64,000 bases of DNA from Spirochaetia bacterium (GCA_965203905.1 CBDBDQ010000005.1:6560001-6624000); one strand, 5' to 3'; shown: positions 1 to 9,957, counted from the first letter of the stretch. The notes: generated from the letters alone by a model not told the origin. Translations and numbers: made by a program.

Positions 1-192
1 CTCGGCCACGCCGGCGGCGGGCAGGTCCAGCTCGGCCAGTGCCTCCGCGAGACCGTGCAGCACGCCCCGGCCGTAGTCGTCCGGCGTGCTCGCCACCTTG
101 ACCACCGCCGCCCTGCCGCCCTCGGTCAGGGCCACCACGCCGGTGAACGTGCCGCCGATGTCTACCCCGACCCGGCACCTGGTGCCGCTCAT
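1..192 (-). CDS. 5' part of a second hydantoinase/oxoprolinase A copy, running off the window edge; possibly degenerate
   Basis: ATG at 192 reads MSGTRCRVGVDIGGTFTGVVALTEGG, near-identical to the gene starting at 5700 but with D->G in the DIGGTFTD motif. Confidence 0.7.
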   Translation of the reverse strand, partial: MSGTRCRVGVDIGGTFTGVVALTEGGRAAVVKVASTPDDYGRGVLHGLAEALAELDLPAAGVAE

Positions 193-215
193 TGCGCGCC
201 GCGCTGCTGCAGCTC
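1..215. repeat. Direct repeat, copy 1 (copy 2 at 5509-5723)
   Basis: Base-by-base match with offset 5508 and only a few substitutions. Confidence 0.95.
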
Positions 216-404
216 CGGCTGGAGTGGCGTTCGCGTCTCCCGCGAGCCAGGAGTGAGCTCAGGCGGTCCCGGGGTCGCAGTAGTGGGTCCGGTCCATTGG
301 AATGTCGGAGAATCCGAAGTGGAAGATCGCCAGGTGCTGGCGTTACAAACCGAAGTGGATTTCGAGGCCGGTGCCGACCCTTGTCGCCGATACGCGCAGC
401 CTGG

Positions 405-1619
405 CTAGGTGTTAGGCGACATCTCGCTTAACAACACCGACTCGACCACCGCCTTGCCGCTCTCGGCGACCTCCTGCGATGCACTCCTGTAGAAGCCCGA
501 CCCGACGACGAAAGAGACCTGCCTGGTGCTTCCATCCGCCCTCTGGATTTGGTCGGAGAACATGCGGACATAGCCCACCTTTGGGATGTCGACGCTATCG
601 CTGTCGTCCGTGGGATCATCAAAATGGTACTCCACGAAGCCGCCTTCCGGGCCGCTTTCCGCCGCCTCTATCAGCTGCGGCAGAATGAACTCTCCGGTCA
701 CGGCGTCACGGGCGACCGGCACGAGAGGCTGTAACTCGTACGTGTCCGGGAACCCGGCGTGAAACAGGATTAGCTGGCTGGTCAAATTCCAGACATAGAG
801 GTACACGGAACCGTGCCGCCACGGCCCGTTGCGATCGCGCATGGCGACCCTGGCCTTCGAGATAGCAGATGGATCACCGGTCCTCACAAGCTCCATGAAG
901 TAGTTTCCCGCTTCCGTGACGAAGGCCTTCAGGGTCGCGCGGTCAACCACGTCCCCGGCCGTAACTGCCGGGTCGCCATAATCGATTTGTTCCGTAGCCA
1001 GGTGAGTTTCGTTGACATCGAATCCCGCGAGCAGAACTGCGGGAGTCCTGAAACTAAGCGAGGTATAGACGACCGCGTAGCCCGAAGCACCGGGCACACT
1101 TGGTATATCGAACGAGCCGCCGTTCCCGGCTTCGGCTGCAGCGAACGCAGCCCGGGCCGCGGGGCGGTCCGCCAGAACTTCAGGGTCGATTCCCAACGCT
1201 CCAAGGATCCCTCCGTAGATCGAGGGCTTGAGTAGCCTGCCCGACAAGGACATGTCCTTTGCGTGGACGTTCACCCTGCCGTCGGGCGTCAGGGTCACGA
1301 GATAGGTGGAACCGGAACGCCAGGGACTCTCGTCCCTTCTGATTAGACATCCGAGATATTGAGCTTGTCCAAGTGTGGTGAGAGCGGCTTGCTCTCGAAA
1401 GCGATCGCGCGATCTGAGCGCGAAGTCCATTAGGCTGCCGGTGCCGTTCTCCACCTGCTGCGCCGTCACAAGCGGGGGCTCGACAGGAGTCCCACCAGTG
1501 GGAAGCGGACACGCTGCAGGCAATTCCATCGGCTCCGCCTTCTTGGGAGTCGCTCCGGAGCACCCGGCAAGGGCGATTGCCACTAAGAACGCAGTAACGC
1601 GAAGTCGTGAAGTCTGCAT
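405..1619 (-). CDS. Lipoprotein with two Cache-like sensory domains and no output domain
   Basis: Lipobox LAGC; repeated PWRSGSTYLV / PWRHGSVYLYVW; GGFVEYHFDDP..PKVGYV..VVGSGFY resembles single Cache domains. Confidence 0.6.
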   Translation of the reverse strand: MQTSRLRVTAFLVAIALAGCSGATPKKAEPMELPAACPLPTGGTPVEPPLVTAQQVENGTGSLMDFALRSRDRFREQAALTTLGQAQYLGCLIRRDESPWRSGSTYLVTLTPDGRVNVHAKDMSLSGRLLKPSIYGGILGALGIDPEVLADRPAARAAFAAAEAGNGGSFDIPSVPGASGYAVVYTSLSFRTPAVLLAGFDVNETHLATEQIDYGDPAVTAGDVVDRATLKAFVTEAGNYFMELVRTGDPSAISKARVAMRDRNGPWRHGSVYLYVWNLTSQLILFHAGFPDTYELQPLVPVARDAVTGEFILPQLIEAAESGPEGGFVEYHFDDPTDDSDSVDIPKVGYVRMFSDQIQRADGSTRQVSFVVGSGFYRSASQEVAESGKAVVESVLLSEMSPNT

Positions 1620-1654
1620 GCCGCAGATTATTAACCACACTGTTCAGACCATGC

Positions 1655-1735
1655 AAGCTTCCCAAGCAAGCTCAGGTGGCGTGCGCGATGCTGCGAGGTC
1701 GAACGCCGTACGATCCCGAGCACCGGGATGGACGC
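1655..1735 (+). mobile_element. Possible IS110-family transposase C-terminal remnant
   Basis: KQAQVACAMLRGRTPYDPEH resembles the AMLR..xYDP tail of IS110 transposases; very short. Confidence 0.3.
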
Positions 1736-1810
1736 ACGCCGAGCAACTTGCCCGCCTGCAGGCCCTGGCTGATAGGACCTCCCCGGAACGCGAGGCGCAG
1801 TCTTCAGATG

Positions 1811-3595
1811 TTATTGAGCGCGGCGTACCCGCGGCTCGGTGGCAAGCGGGCCGCGGTCGCGCTTGAGGCGCTCTCGCAGCGCGCCGGTGGCAGGTTCGTC
1901 CACCCGGCCGCTCGGTGCCAGCACCACGCCGTAGGCGGCGCCCGCGTGGGCGGCGCTGATCTTGCCCTGCGCCACGTCCTCCCGCACCGCCTCCGGATCG
2001 CGCTCGAGCGGATCGCCGTAGCCGCCGCCACCCGGCTGCACCAGCCGGTACACCTCGCCATGCTCCATGGTGCGCAGGAACTTGCCCGGCAGGCGTTCGC
2101 CGCCGTCGCCACGGTGCGGGTTGAGCAGGTTGGCGCCGGCAGTCCCGGACGAGCCGCCCTGCGTGCCCCAGGGCAGGAACCGTGCGCGGTCGGAGCGCAC
2201 CTGCAGGGTGGCCTCGTCGTGGGTGAGCTGGTACTCGCGCTCCAGCCCCAGGCCGCCGCGGAAGCGGCCCGGGCCGCCCGTGTCGGGCACGAAACCGTAG
2301 CGCCGGATGAGCAATGGCTGCGCGGCCTCGATGGTCTCGATGGGGGTGTTGGCCATGTTGTGCACCGGTGCGGTCAGGCCGTCGGCTCCGTCGGCGTGCG
2401 GTCCGCCGCCGCGCGGCCCGTCGTTGTTGAACTCCAGGAACACGAAGGCGCGGCCATCGGGGTAGTAGCCGCCGAAGCTGACCCCGAACTCGCCGCCGCC
2501 CCATGCCGCCGGCACCCGCTCGGGCAGGGCCTTGGCCAACGCCCCGAACACGGCCTGCGCGATGCGGAAGCCGCCCAGCCCACGCGCGGCGACCGCGGCC
2601 GGATGCTGCGGATTGACGAAGCAGCCCGGCGGCGCATGCACCGCGATCGGCCGGAAGAAGCCGGCGTTGGCGTCGATCGCGGGGTCGGTGAGCGTCTTGA
2701 GCACCGCGTACACGGCCGAGGTGGTGTACGGCAGGTTGGGGTTGATGGAGCCGATGGCCTGCGGCGAGGTGCCGGCGAAGTCGGCGCTGAACTGGTCGCC
2801 GGCGATGGTCACCCGCACCCGGATCTCGATCGGCTCCGGGCGGATGCCGTCGCCGTCGATATAGTCGGAAAAACTCCAGGAGCCGTCCGGCAGGGCGGCG
2901 ATCTCCGCCCGCGTGCGCCGCTCGGTGTGCTCGATGATATCGTGCAGGTAGCCGTCGAGCCGGTCGCTGCCATGCTCGGCTACGAGCGCCAGCAGGTCCT
3001 GCTCGCCCTGCTCCAGCGCCGCCACCTGTGCCAGCAGGTCGCCGTGCACCAGCGCCGGCACGCGCACGTTGCTGCCAATGATGCGCCACACCGCGTCGTT
3101 GCGCTGCCCGGCGGCGATGAGCTTCAGCGGCGGCAGCCGCAGCCCCTCCTGGTAGATCTCGGTGTTGTCACAGGCGTTGCCGCCGGCCACGCGGCCGCCG
3201 ATGTCGGTGTGGTGCGCGATCACGCACAGCCAGGCGATGAGCGTGCGCTCGGCGAACACCGGCTTGAACAGGAAGATGTCGGGCAGGTGGCTGGCACCCG
3301 AGTAGGGGTCGTTGCTGGCCAGGATGTCCCCCGGCTCCACGTCGCCGGCGAACTGGGCCAGGACGCCGTCCAGGGCCGGCTGCATGGCGCCCATGTGAAA
3401 CGGCAGAGTCAGCCCCTGGGCCACCTGCTCGCCGCCGGCGTTGAACACCGCGGTGGAAAAGTCCATGCCGTCCTTGACCACCGCCGAGCGCGCCGTACGC
3501 ACCACGGTCACCGCCATGCTGTCGGCGGCGGCCACCAGCGAGCTGCGGATCACCTCGCGCGTGACCGGATCGCGGCCCGCCGGCCGGTGCGCCAT
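1811..3595 (-). CDS. hyuB: Hydantoinase B / oxoprolinase family protein
   Basis: DFSTAVF, NDPYSGASHLPD, HHTDIGG, IYQEGLRLPP, PGGGGYGDP; start overlaps the hyuA stop. Confidence 0.92.
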   Translation of the reverse strand: MAHRPAGRDPVTREVIRSSLVAAADSMAVTVVRTARSAVVKDGMDFSTAVFNAGGEQVAQGLTLPFHMGAMQPALDGVLAQFAGDVEPGDILASNDPYSGASHLPDIFLFKPVFAERTLIAWLCVIAHHTDIGGRVAGGNACDNTEIYQEGLRLPPLKLIAAGQRNDAVWRIIGSNVRVPALVHGDLLAQVAALEQGEQDLLALVAEHGSDRLDGYLHDIIEHTERRTRAEIAALPDGSWSFSDYIDGDGIRPEPIEIRVRVTIAGDQFSADFAGTSPQAIGSINPNLPYTTSAVYAVLKTLTDPAIDANAGFFRPIAVHAPPGCFVNPQHPAAVAARGLGGFRIAQAVFGALAKALPERVPAAWGGGEFGVSFGGYYPDGRAFVFLEFNNDGPRGGGPHADGADGLTAPVHNMANTPIETIEAAQPLLIRRYGFVPDTGGPGRFRGGLGLEREYQLTHDEATLQVRSDRARFLPWGTQGGSSGTAGANLLNPHRGDGGERLPGKFLRTMEHGEVYRLVQPGGGGYGDPLERDPEAVREDVAQGKISAAHAGAAYGVVLAPSGRVDEPATGALRERLKRDRGPLATEPRVRRAQ

Positions 3596-5700
3596 CACTC
3601 TGCCTCCAGGGCCATGCAGCCATGCGCGGCCGCGGCCGCGCCCCAGCCGGGCGGCACCACCGTGGTCGAGTCGTATTCCTCGACGATCAGCGGACCGGCG
3701 CTTCCGCCGGCACCCAGGGCGGCACGCCCGACCACCGGCGTGGACAGCCAGCCGTGGCCGGGACCGAAGTAGACGCGGCGCTCTCCCGGCGGGTACGCCG
3801 GTGACGCGGGCGGAGCTACGCCGGGGCCGCCCGCTCTGGCCGCCGAGCGATCCCGGTGGCTGATGCCGCGCCCGATCACCCGCAGGCTCGCGACCTGCAC
3901 CGGCTCCTCGACGCTGTAGCCGTAGCTGCGCCGGTGCTCGCGCGCGAACGCGGCCTCGATCGCCGGCAGCGCCGCGCTGCTGAACCGCTCGACCGGCAGG
4001 TCGACGGTCAGCTCCGAGGTCTGGCCCTCGTACTTGGCATCGACCTGGATCTGCAGCCGCTGCCGGGCGCCCACGAATCCTTCGCGTGCGAGCAGCAACC
4101 GGCACTCGCCGCCGATGCGGTCCAGGATGGCATTAGCCTGCTCGACGTCGAGCGCCGCCAGCGGCTGGTTGAGGGTCTGCACGAAGTGGTGCTCGACCTC
4201 CGCGAACAGCAGCCCGAAGGCGCTGAACACCCCTGGCGACGGCGGCACGATCACGTGCCCGATGCCCAGGCTCGCCGCCAGCCCGGCCGCGTGCACCGGG
4301 CCGCTGCCGCCGAAGGCGATCATCGCAAAGCGCCGCGGGTCGCGTCCGCGTTCGCTGGAGACCGCGCGCAGCGCGCCGCCCATCTTCACGTTGGCGAGGG
4401 TGTGCACGCCCCAGGCCGCCTCGGTTTCCGTGAGACCGGCCGGGGCCGCCAGCCGCTCGCGCAGTGCCGCGCGCGCCCGGCCCGCATCGATCGGGAAGCT
4501 GCCGCCGAGCAGGTGTTCCGGATTGAGGAAGCCCAGTGCCACGTCGGCGTCGGAGACGGTCGGCTCGGTGCCGCCGGCGCCGTAGCAGACCGGTCCGGGC
4601 ACCGCGCCGGCGGAACGGGGTCCGATCTGCAGGCCGCCCGCGCGGTCCGCCCAGGCGATGCTGCCGCCGCCCGCGGACACCTCGGCGATGTCGATGGTCG
4701 GCACCCGCAGCACGTAGCCGGCGCCGCGCAGCAGGCGATGTCCGGCGTTCATGGCGCCGCCGACCTCGCACTCGGGCGCCAGCAGCACCTGGCCGCCCTC
4801 CACGATCGACGCCTTGGCGGTGGTGCCGCCCATGTCGAAGCTGATCAGGTCGGCCTGGCCCAGACGGGCGCCGATCTCGGCGGCGCCGATCACACCGGCG
4901 GCGGGCCCCGACTCGATGCAGTACATCGGCTTGCGCGCGGCCAGCTCCACCGGCATCAGCCCACCGTTGGACTGCATCACCGTCACTGGCGCCTCCGTGC
5001 CGGCGCGGCGCAGCTCGGCTACCAGCCGCTCCAGGTAGCGCGCCACCACCGGCCGGACGTAGCCGTTGATGACGGTGGTGCTGGTGCGCTCGTACTCGCG
5101 CGCTTCCGGCAGCAGCTCGCACGACAGGGACACGTCGAGGTCGGGCAACGCCGCCCGGAGCGACGCGCCGATGCGCTGCTCATGCTCGGGATTGGCGTAG
5201 GAGTGCAGCAGGCAGACCGCCACCGAGGAGACGCCCGCCTCCCGCACCGCAGCCACCGCCCGCTCCACGTCACCGGCGTCGAGCGGCACGAGCACGCGCC
5301 CGCGCGCAGCGACGCGCTCCCGCACCTCCAGGCGCAGGCGCCGCTCCACCAGCGGCGGCGGCTTGCAGTAGGCGAGGTCGTAGAGCCGCGGCACGCGCAG
5401 CCGGGCGATCTCCAACACGTCGCGGAACCCTTCGGTGGTGATCAGCGCCATCGCCGCGCCCTTCCCTTCCAGGATGGCGTTGGTGGCTACCGTGAAGCCG
5501 TGCACGATCTCGGCCACGCCGGCGGCCGGCAGGTCCAGCTCGGCCAGTGCCTCCGCGAGACCGTGCAGCACGCCCCGGCCGTAGTCGTCCGGCGTGCTCG
5601 CCACCTTGACCACCGCCGCCCTGCCGCCCTCGGTCAGGGCCACCACGTCGGTGAACGTGCCGCCGATGTCTACCCCGACCCGGCACCTGGTGCCGCTCAC
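3595..5700 (-). CDS. hyuA: Hydantoinase A / oxoprolinase family protein
   Basis: GVDIGGTFTD, EYERTSTT, ESGPAAG, DMGGTT, GPRSAGAVPGP; GTG start overlaps the sulfatase stop. Confidence 0.92.
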   Translation of the reverse strand: MSGTRCRVGVDIGGTFTDVVALTEGGRAAVVKVASTPDDYGRGVLHGLAEALAELDLPAAGVAEIVHGFTVATNAILEGKGAAMALITTEGFRDVLEIARLRVPRLYDLAYCKPPPLVERRLRLEVRERVAARGRVLVPLDAGDVERAVAAVREAGVSSVAVCLLHSYANPEHEQRIGASLRAALPDLDVSLSCELLPEAREYERTSTTVINGYVRPVVARYLERLVAELRRAGTEAPVTVMQSNGGLMPVELAARKPMYCIESGPAAGVIGAAEIGARLGQADLISFDMGGTTAKASIVEGGQVLLAPECEVGGAMNAGHRLLRGAGYVLRVPTIDIAEVSAGGGSIAWADRAGGLQIGPRSAGAVPGPVCYGAGGTEPTVSDADVALGFLNPEHLLGGSFPIDAGRARAALRERLAAPAGLTETEAAWGVHTLANVKMGGALRAVSSERGRDPRRFAMIAFGGSGPVHAAGLAASLGIGHVIVPPSPGVFSAFGLLFAEVEHHFVQTLNQPLAALDVEQANAILDRIGGECRLLLAREGFVGARQRLQIQVDAKYEGQTSELTVDLPVERFSSAALPAIEAAFAREHRRSYGYSVEEPVQVASLRVIGRGISHRDRSAARAGGPGVAPPASPAYPPGERRVYFGPGHGWLSTPVVGRAALGAGGSAGPLIVEEYDSTTVVPPGWGAAAAAHGCMALEAE

Positions 5701-5723
5701 CGCGCACCGCGCTGCTGCAACTC
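5509..5723. repeat. Direct repeat, copy 2 (copy 1 at 1-215)
   Basis: Covers the hyuA 5' end and the last codons of the arylsulfatase. Confidence 0.95.
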
Positions 5724-7310
5724 GTGCCACGGGAGCACGCCGCAGCGGCGCGCCCAATCGTCGTACCGCCGCGACAGCCGCGCCACTTCGTCGCCGCGGG
5801 CGGCGGCCAGGTCGTGCAGCTCGGTGCGGTCGCGCTGCATGTCGTACAGCTCCCAGGAGCCGGGATGCCGCGAGACCAGCTTCCAGCGGCCATCGCGCAC
5901 CGCGCGGTTGCCCTCGTGCTCGAAGAAGAGGGGGCGGTCGCGTGCCCACGCCCTCCCCGCCAGCAGCGACAGCAGGCTCTCGCCGTCCACCGGTGTCACC
6001 GGGCGCCCCTCGTGGCGCTCCGGCAACGGTACGCCGGCGGCTTCCAGCAGGGTCGGGAAGATGTCGATCACGTGCACCGGCTGGTGCACGATGCGCGCCC
6101 GCTCGATCACCCGCGGCCAGGACGCCACCAGCGACGTGGCGATGCCGCCCTCGTGCACCCAGTGCTTGAACAGCCGGAACGGCGTGTTGGATGCGTTGGC
6201 CCACGGCAGGTCGTAGCTTTGAAACGTGTCGTCGGGACCGGGTGCCACCGCCGGCGTGTTGCCGATGCGCATGGGGCGGCCGTCCGGCGTCGGGATGTCG
6301 TAGCGGAACGGCTCCGGGCTGCCGCTCTCCTCGGCCAGGAACTCCGCGCAGCCGCCGTTGTCGGACAGGAACAGCACCAGGGTGTCCTCCGCCACGCCGG
6401 CGCGTCGCAGCGCTGCCATGATGCGGCCGATGCCCCGGTCCATGCACTCGATCTGCGCGGCGTAGACCGCCATGCGCAGGTCCTCCCACGCCGGCTCGCG
6501 CGCCTCGCTCCAGGGCCGCGAGTCCGGGTCGCGCGGTGAGATCGGCCAGCGCCGGTCGAGCACGCCCATTCCCTTCAATTCCTCGTGCCGGGCACGGCGC
6601 AGCGCGTCCCAGCCGTCGCGGTAGCGGCCCTCGCAGCGGGCGATGTCATCCGGCAGCGCGTGCAGCGGCCAGTGCGGCGCCGTGTAGGCAACGTAGAGGA
6701 AGAACGGCGCCTGCCCGGCGGTCGCCTCCTCCACCATCGTCGCCGCGGAGTCGCTGATGGCGTCGGTGAGGTAGTAGGACTCCGCCTCGCCGGCGGCATC
6801 CATGAGCCGGTCGTCGCGTACCATGGAGGGCGGGTTGAAGTAGCTGCCGCCGCCGCCGAGCATGCCGTAGTGGGTGTCGAACCCGCGCTGCACCGGCAGC
6901 GGATGATCGGGCGTCCCCGGGCGCCAGGTCTCCGGACGGTTCGCCTGGTAGCCGCCACCGACGTGCCACTTGCCCGCCATCATGGTGCGGTAGCCGCCGC
7001 CCTTCAGCGCCTCGGCGATGGTGACGCAGTCGTCGCGCAGGTAGCCCTGGTACTCGCGGATCCCGTAGTCGCCCACCATGTGCCCTACCCCGGCCTGGTG
7101 CGGATAGAGCCCGGTAAGCAGCGCCGCGCGCGTCGGACAGCAGCGCGCGCAGTTGTAGGCCTGGGAGAACCGCAGCCCGGCTCCCGCCAGCGCATCCAGG
7201 TTCGGGGTAGCGATCTCCGACCCGTAGCAGCCGATGTCCGAGTAGCCCAGGTCATCCGCCAGGATCACCACGAAGTTGGGCCGCCGCCGGGTGTCTACGC
7301 CTTCCGTCAT
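5697..7310 (-). CDS. Arylsulfatase (Cys-type)
   Basis: ILADDLG, CCPTRAALLTG (CxPxR), GKWH, SDNG. Confidence 0.93.
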   Translation of the reverse strand: MTEGVDTRRRPNFVVILADDLGYSDIGCYGSEIATPNLDALAGAGLRFSQAYNCARCCPTRAALLTGLYPHQAGVGHMVGDYGIREYQGYLRDDCVTIAEALKGGGYRTMMAGKWHVGGGYQANRPETWRPGTPDHPLPVQRGFDTHYGMLGGGGSYFNPPSMVRDDRLMDAAGEAESYYLTDAISDSAATMVEEATAGQAPFFLYVAYTAPHWPLHALPDDIARCEGRYRDGWDALRRARHEELKGMGVLDRRWPISPRDPDSRPWSEAREPAWEDLRMAVYAAQIECMDRGIGRIMAALRRAGVAEDTLVLFLSDNGGCAEFLAEESGSPEPFRYDIPTPDGRPMRIGNTPAVAPGPDDTFQSYDLPWANASNTPFRLFKHWVHEGGIATSLVASWPRVIERARIVHQPVHVIDIFPTLLEAAGVPLPERHEGRPVTPVDGESLLSLLAGRAWARDRPLFFEHEGNRAVRDGRWKLVSRHPGSWELYDMQRDRTELHDLAAARGDEVARLSRRYDDWARRCGVLPWHELQQRGAR

Positions 7311-7404
7311 GCCGGCAGCGTACGTTTCGTTCCACCGATGGACAAGCTCAACACATCCCGCTTCCCGCCTTGACGCCAAAATTAAACTAAACCAGACTAA
7401 GGTT

Positions 7405-7638
7405 ATGTTGGTCGTGAACACTCATGAAGCCAAGACACGGCTGTCGGAGTTGCTGCGGCTGGTCGAGGAGCGCAACGAACGCATCCGGGTGTGTCGGAAC
7501 GGCAAGCCGGTTGCCGAGATCGGCCCGATCACGACAGCGGATCGCGATCCCCTGGTACCCAATCCACGGCTCTCCGGAGTCGTATTCCACGAGGATCCCG
7601 TCGCGCCGCTTGCCGACGACGATTGGCCGGACGCCTGA
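7405..7638 (+). CDS. Phd/YefM-family antitoxin
   Basis: NTHEAKTRLSELL...RNGKPVA; directly upstream of a PIN toxin. Confidence 0.88.
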   Translation: MLVVNTHEAKTRLSELLRLVEERNERIRVCRNGKPVAEIGPITTADRDPLVPNPRLSGVVFHEDPVAPLADDDWPDA

Positions 7639-8027
7639 ACGTGCTGCTCGACACCTGCGCCCTGCTCTGGCTCGCGTCCACACCCCGACGCCTGCCGCCG
7701 AAAGTGCGCCGCGTGATCGCCAACAACGCCGGCAACCTGTTCATCTCCGCCATCACGGCGTTCGAGATCGGCATCAAGCACCGGCGTGGCGCCCTGGAGC
7801 TTCCGCTTGCCCCGGCTGACTGGATCGCCCAGGCACTCGATCATCATGGCGTCCAGGAGATCCCCGTCGACTGGCGAGTCGCGGAGCGTTCCACATCGCT
7901 GCCGCTGCTGCACAAGGACCCGGCGGACCGCATCATCATCGCTACTTCCCTCACCACCGGCTCCCCCATCCTCACTCCGGACGGAGAGATCGCGCAGTAC
8001 CCCGGTGTCAAAGTAATCTGGGACTGA
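7635..8027 (+). CDS. vapC: VapC-family PIN toxin (start CTG 7635 or GTG 7641)
   Basis: LLDTCALLW, SAITAFEIGIK, HKDPADRIIIA, ILTPD. Confidence 0.9.
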   Translation: MNVLLDTCALLWLASTPRRLPPKVRRVIANNAGNLFISAITAFEIGIKHRRGALELPLAPADWIAQALDHHGVQEIPVDWRVAERSTSLPLLHKDPADRIIIATSLTTGSPILTPDGEIAQYPGVKVIWD

Positions 8028-8065
8028 CCCACGTGGACCGCCGTTTCAACCACGGGCGCTCCTCG

Positions 8066-8923
8066 TCAGGCCTTGATGCCGGTGAGCGTGATGCCTTCGA
8101 TGAAGTAGCGCTGGGCGAACAGAAACAGCACCAGCACCGGCGCGATCACCACCGTGGAGGCCGCCATCAGCAGGTGCCACTGCGAGGTGTACAGCCCGGT
8201 GAACTCCGCCAGCCCCAGGGCCAGGGTGAACTGGCGCGAATCGTTGAGGTAGATCAGCGGACCCAGGAAGTCGTTCCACTCGAACAGGGCCGAGAAGATG
8301 CCGACCGTGATCAGCGCCGGCCGGCTCAGTGGCACCACCACGTGGCGCAGCACTTGCAGGGGGTTGGCGCCGTCGATGATCGCCGCTTCGTCCAGCTCCC
8401 GCGGCAGCGTCAGGAAGAACTGCCGCAGCAGGAACACGTAGAAGATGGTGCCGCCGAACCAGTCGGGCAGCACCAGCGGCCAGTAGGTGTTGATCAGCCC
8501 GATCCGGGCCCACAGCAGGAAGGTCGGGATCAGGGTCACCGCGTAGGGCAGCATCAGGGCGCTCAACAACACCCCGAACACCCAGTCGCGGCCGGGCCAA
8601 TGCAGGCGGGAGAAGCCGAACGCGGCCAGCGACGCGGTGATCAGCGTGCCGATTACGGTGGGCACCAGGATGAACAGCGTATTGAAGAAGTAACGCACGA
8701 ACGGGATCGTGGTGAGCGCCTTGGGATAGTTGTCCCAGCGCCATGGATCGGGGATCCACTCGGGGGGAAAGATGAAGATCTGGCCCAGGCCCATGAACGA
8801 GCTGCGTACCAGCCACACCAGCGGAATCAGCATCACCGCGCTGCCGGTCAGCAGCAGGAGGTACGCGGACAGGGCACCCATCCGGGTGCGAGCCGTACGT
8901 CCGAGGGTGCGCGCGACGCTCAT
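8066..8923 (-). CDS. Carbohydrate ABC transporter permease (MalG-like)
   Basis: EAA loop LDEAAIIDGA; several TM segments. Confidence 0.92.
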   Translation of the reverse strand: MSVARTLGRTARTRMGALSAYLLLLTGSAVMLIPLVWLVRSSFMGLGQIFIFPPEWIPDPWRWDNYPKALTTIPFVRYFFNTLFILVPTVIGTLITASLAAFGFSRLHWPGRDWVFGVLLSALMLPYAVTLIPTFLLWARIGLINTYWPLVLPDWFGGTIFYVFLLRQFFLTLPRELDEAAIIDGANPLQVLRHVVVPLSRPALITVGIFSALFEWNDFLGPLIYLNDSRQFTLALGLAEFTGLYTSQWHLLMAASTVVIAPVLVLFLFAQRYFIEGITLTGIKA

Positions 8924-8925
8924 CG

Positions 8926-9849
8926 TCACCTGCCCGCGTAGTACACCCAGCGCGAGGAGCTGCGAAACAGCAGCACGCTCAGGCCGGCGATGATCAGGAA
9001 CAGCACCCAGGCCAGCGCCGAGGCGTAGCCCATCTGGCTCTGCTCGAACGCCTTGTTGTACAGGTAGAGCACGTAGAGCAGGCTCGCGTTGTCGGGGCCG
9101 CCCTCGGTCATGACGTAGGCCTGCACGAAGGTCTGCATGGTCCCGATGACGCTCAGGATCAGGTTGAACAGGATGGTGGGCGTGACCATCGGGATGGTGA
9201 CGTGCCGCATCTTGTGCCAGGGATTGCCGCCGTCGATCTCTACCGCCTCGTAGAATTGCCGGGGGACGCCCTGCAACCCGGCCAGGAAGATGATCATCAT
9301 CGGTCCGATGTCCCACATGCTCATCAGGATCAGCGCCGGGATGACGGTTCTGGTGCCGTAAATCCATTGCAGCCGCGGAACACCGAGCGGCACCAGGATG
9401 GCGTTGAGCAGGCCGATGTCGGGATTGAACAGCCAGATCCACAGCACGCTGCTGGCGATCAGCGGTACGATCGAGGGCAGATAGAAGATGGTACGGAAGA
9501 TCGGCAGGCCGCGGATCTTCTGGTTCAGCAGCACCGCCAGGGCGAACGCGGCCACCAGCCGCAGCGGGACGCTGCCGAGCGCGTAGTAGGCGGTTACCGC
9601 GAGCGACTTTCGGAACAGCCGGTCCCCGGTCAGGATGCGTTGGAAGTTGTCGAGCCCGATCCAGTTGGGGCTGGCGGCGATGCGCCAGTCGGTCAACGCG
9701 ATGAAGAGGCTGGCGACGATCGGCCCGAGTTGCCAGAACAGGAATCCGAGCACCGCCGGCGCGGCGCAAGCCATGCCCCAGAACACCTCGCGGCGCCGAT
9801 GGTGGCTGAGCCGTGCGGTCCTCGCGTGCGTTCGGTGCGTCGTTGCCAT
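8926..9849 (-). CDS. Carbohydrate ABC transporter permease (MalF-like)
   Basis: FYEAVEIDGG, MTEGGP, MGYASA. Confidence 0.92.
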   Translation of the reverse strand: MATTHRTHARTARLSHHRRREVFWGMACAAPAVLGFLFWQLGPIVASLFIALTDWRIAASPNWIGLDNFQRILTGDRLFRKSLAVTAYYALGSVPLRLVAAFALAVLLNQKIRGLPIFRTIFYLPSIVPLIASSVLWIWLFNPDIGLLNAILVPLGVPRLQWIYGTRTVIPALILMSMWDIGPMMIIFLAGLQGVPRQFYEAVEIDGGNPWHKMRHVTIPMVTPTILFNLILSVIGTMQTFVQAYVMTEGGPDNASLLYVLYLYNKAFEQSQMGYASALAWVLFLIIAGLSVLLFRSSSRWVYYAGR

Positions 9850-9861
9850 TCAGGCCCCAAG

Positions 9862-9957
9862 CCGGCTCGGGCAGGCCGAGCCGGAGCGCTGTCCGGCTCG
9901 GCAGCGGTGCGGGCTCCCGGGGTAGCGGGCAACGGCGGGCGCCATCGCTACCCCGGG
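9862..9957. repeat. Two GC-rich intergenic stem-loops between the binding-protein and permease genes
   Basis: ccggctcgg/ccgagccgg (9862-9884) and cccggggtagcg/cgctaccccggg (9916-9957). Confidence 0.6.

Noticed and set aside
1607-6216. Long plus-strand ORFs (721 aa, 786 aa) and similar shadow ORFs throughout
   Set aside because: They are antisense or alternate-frame shadows of well-supported genes in high-GC DNA and carry no motifs.
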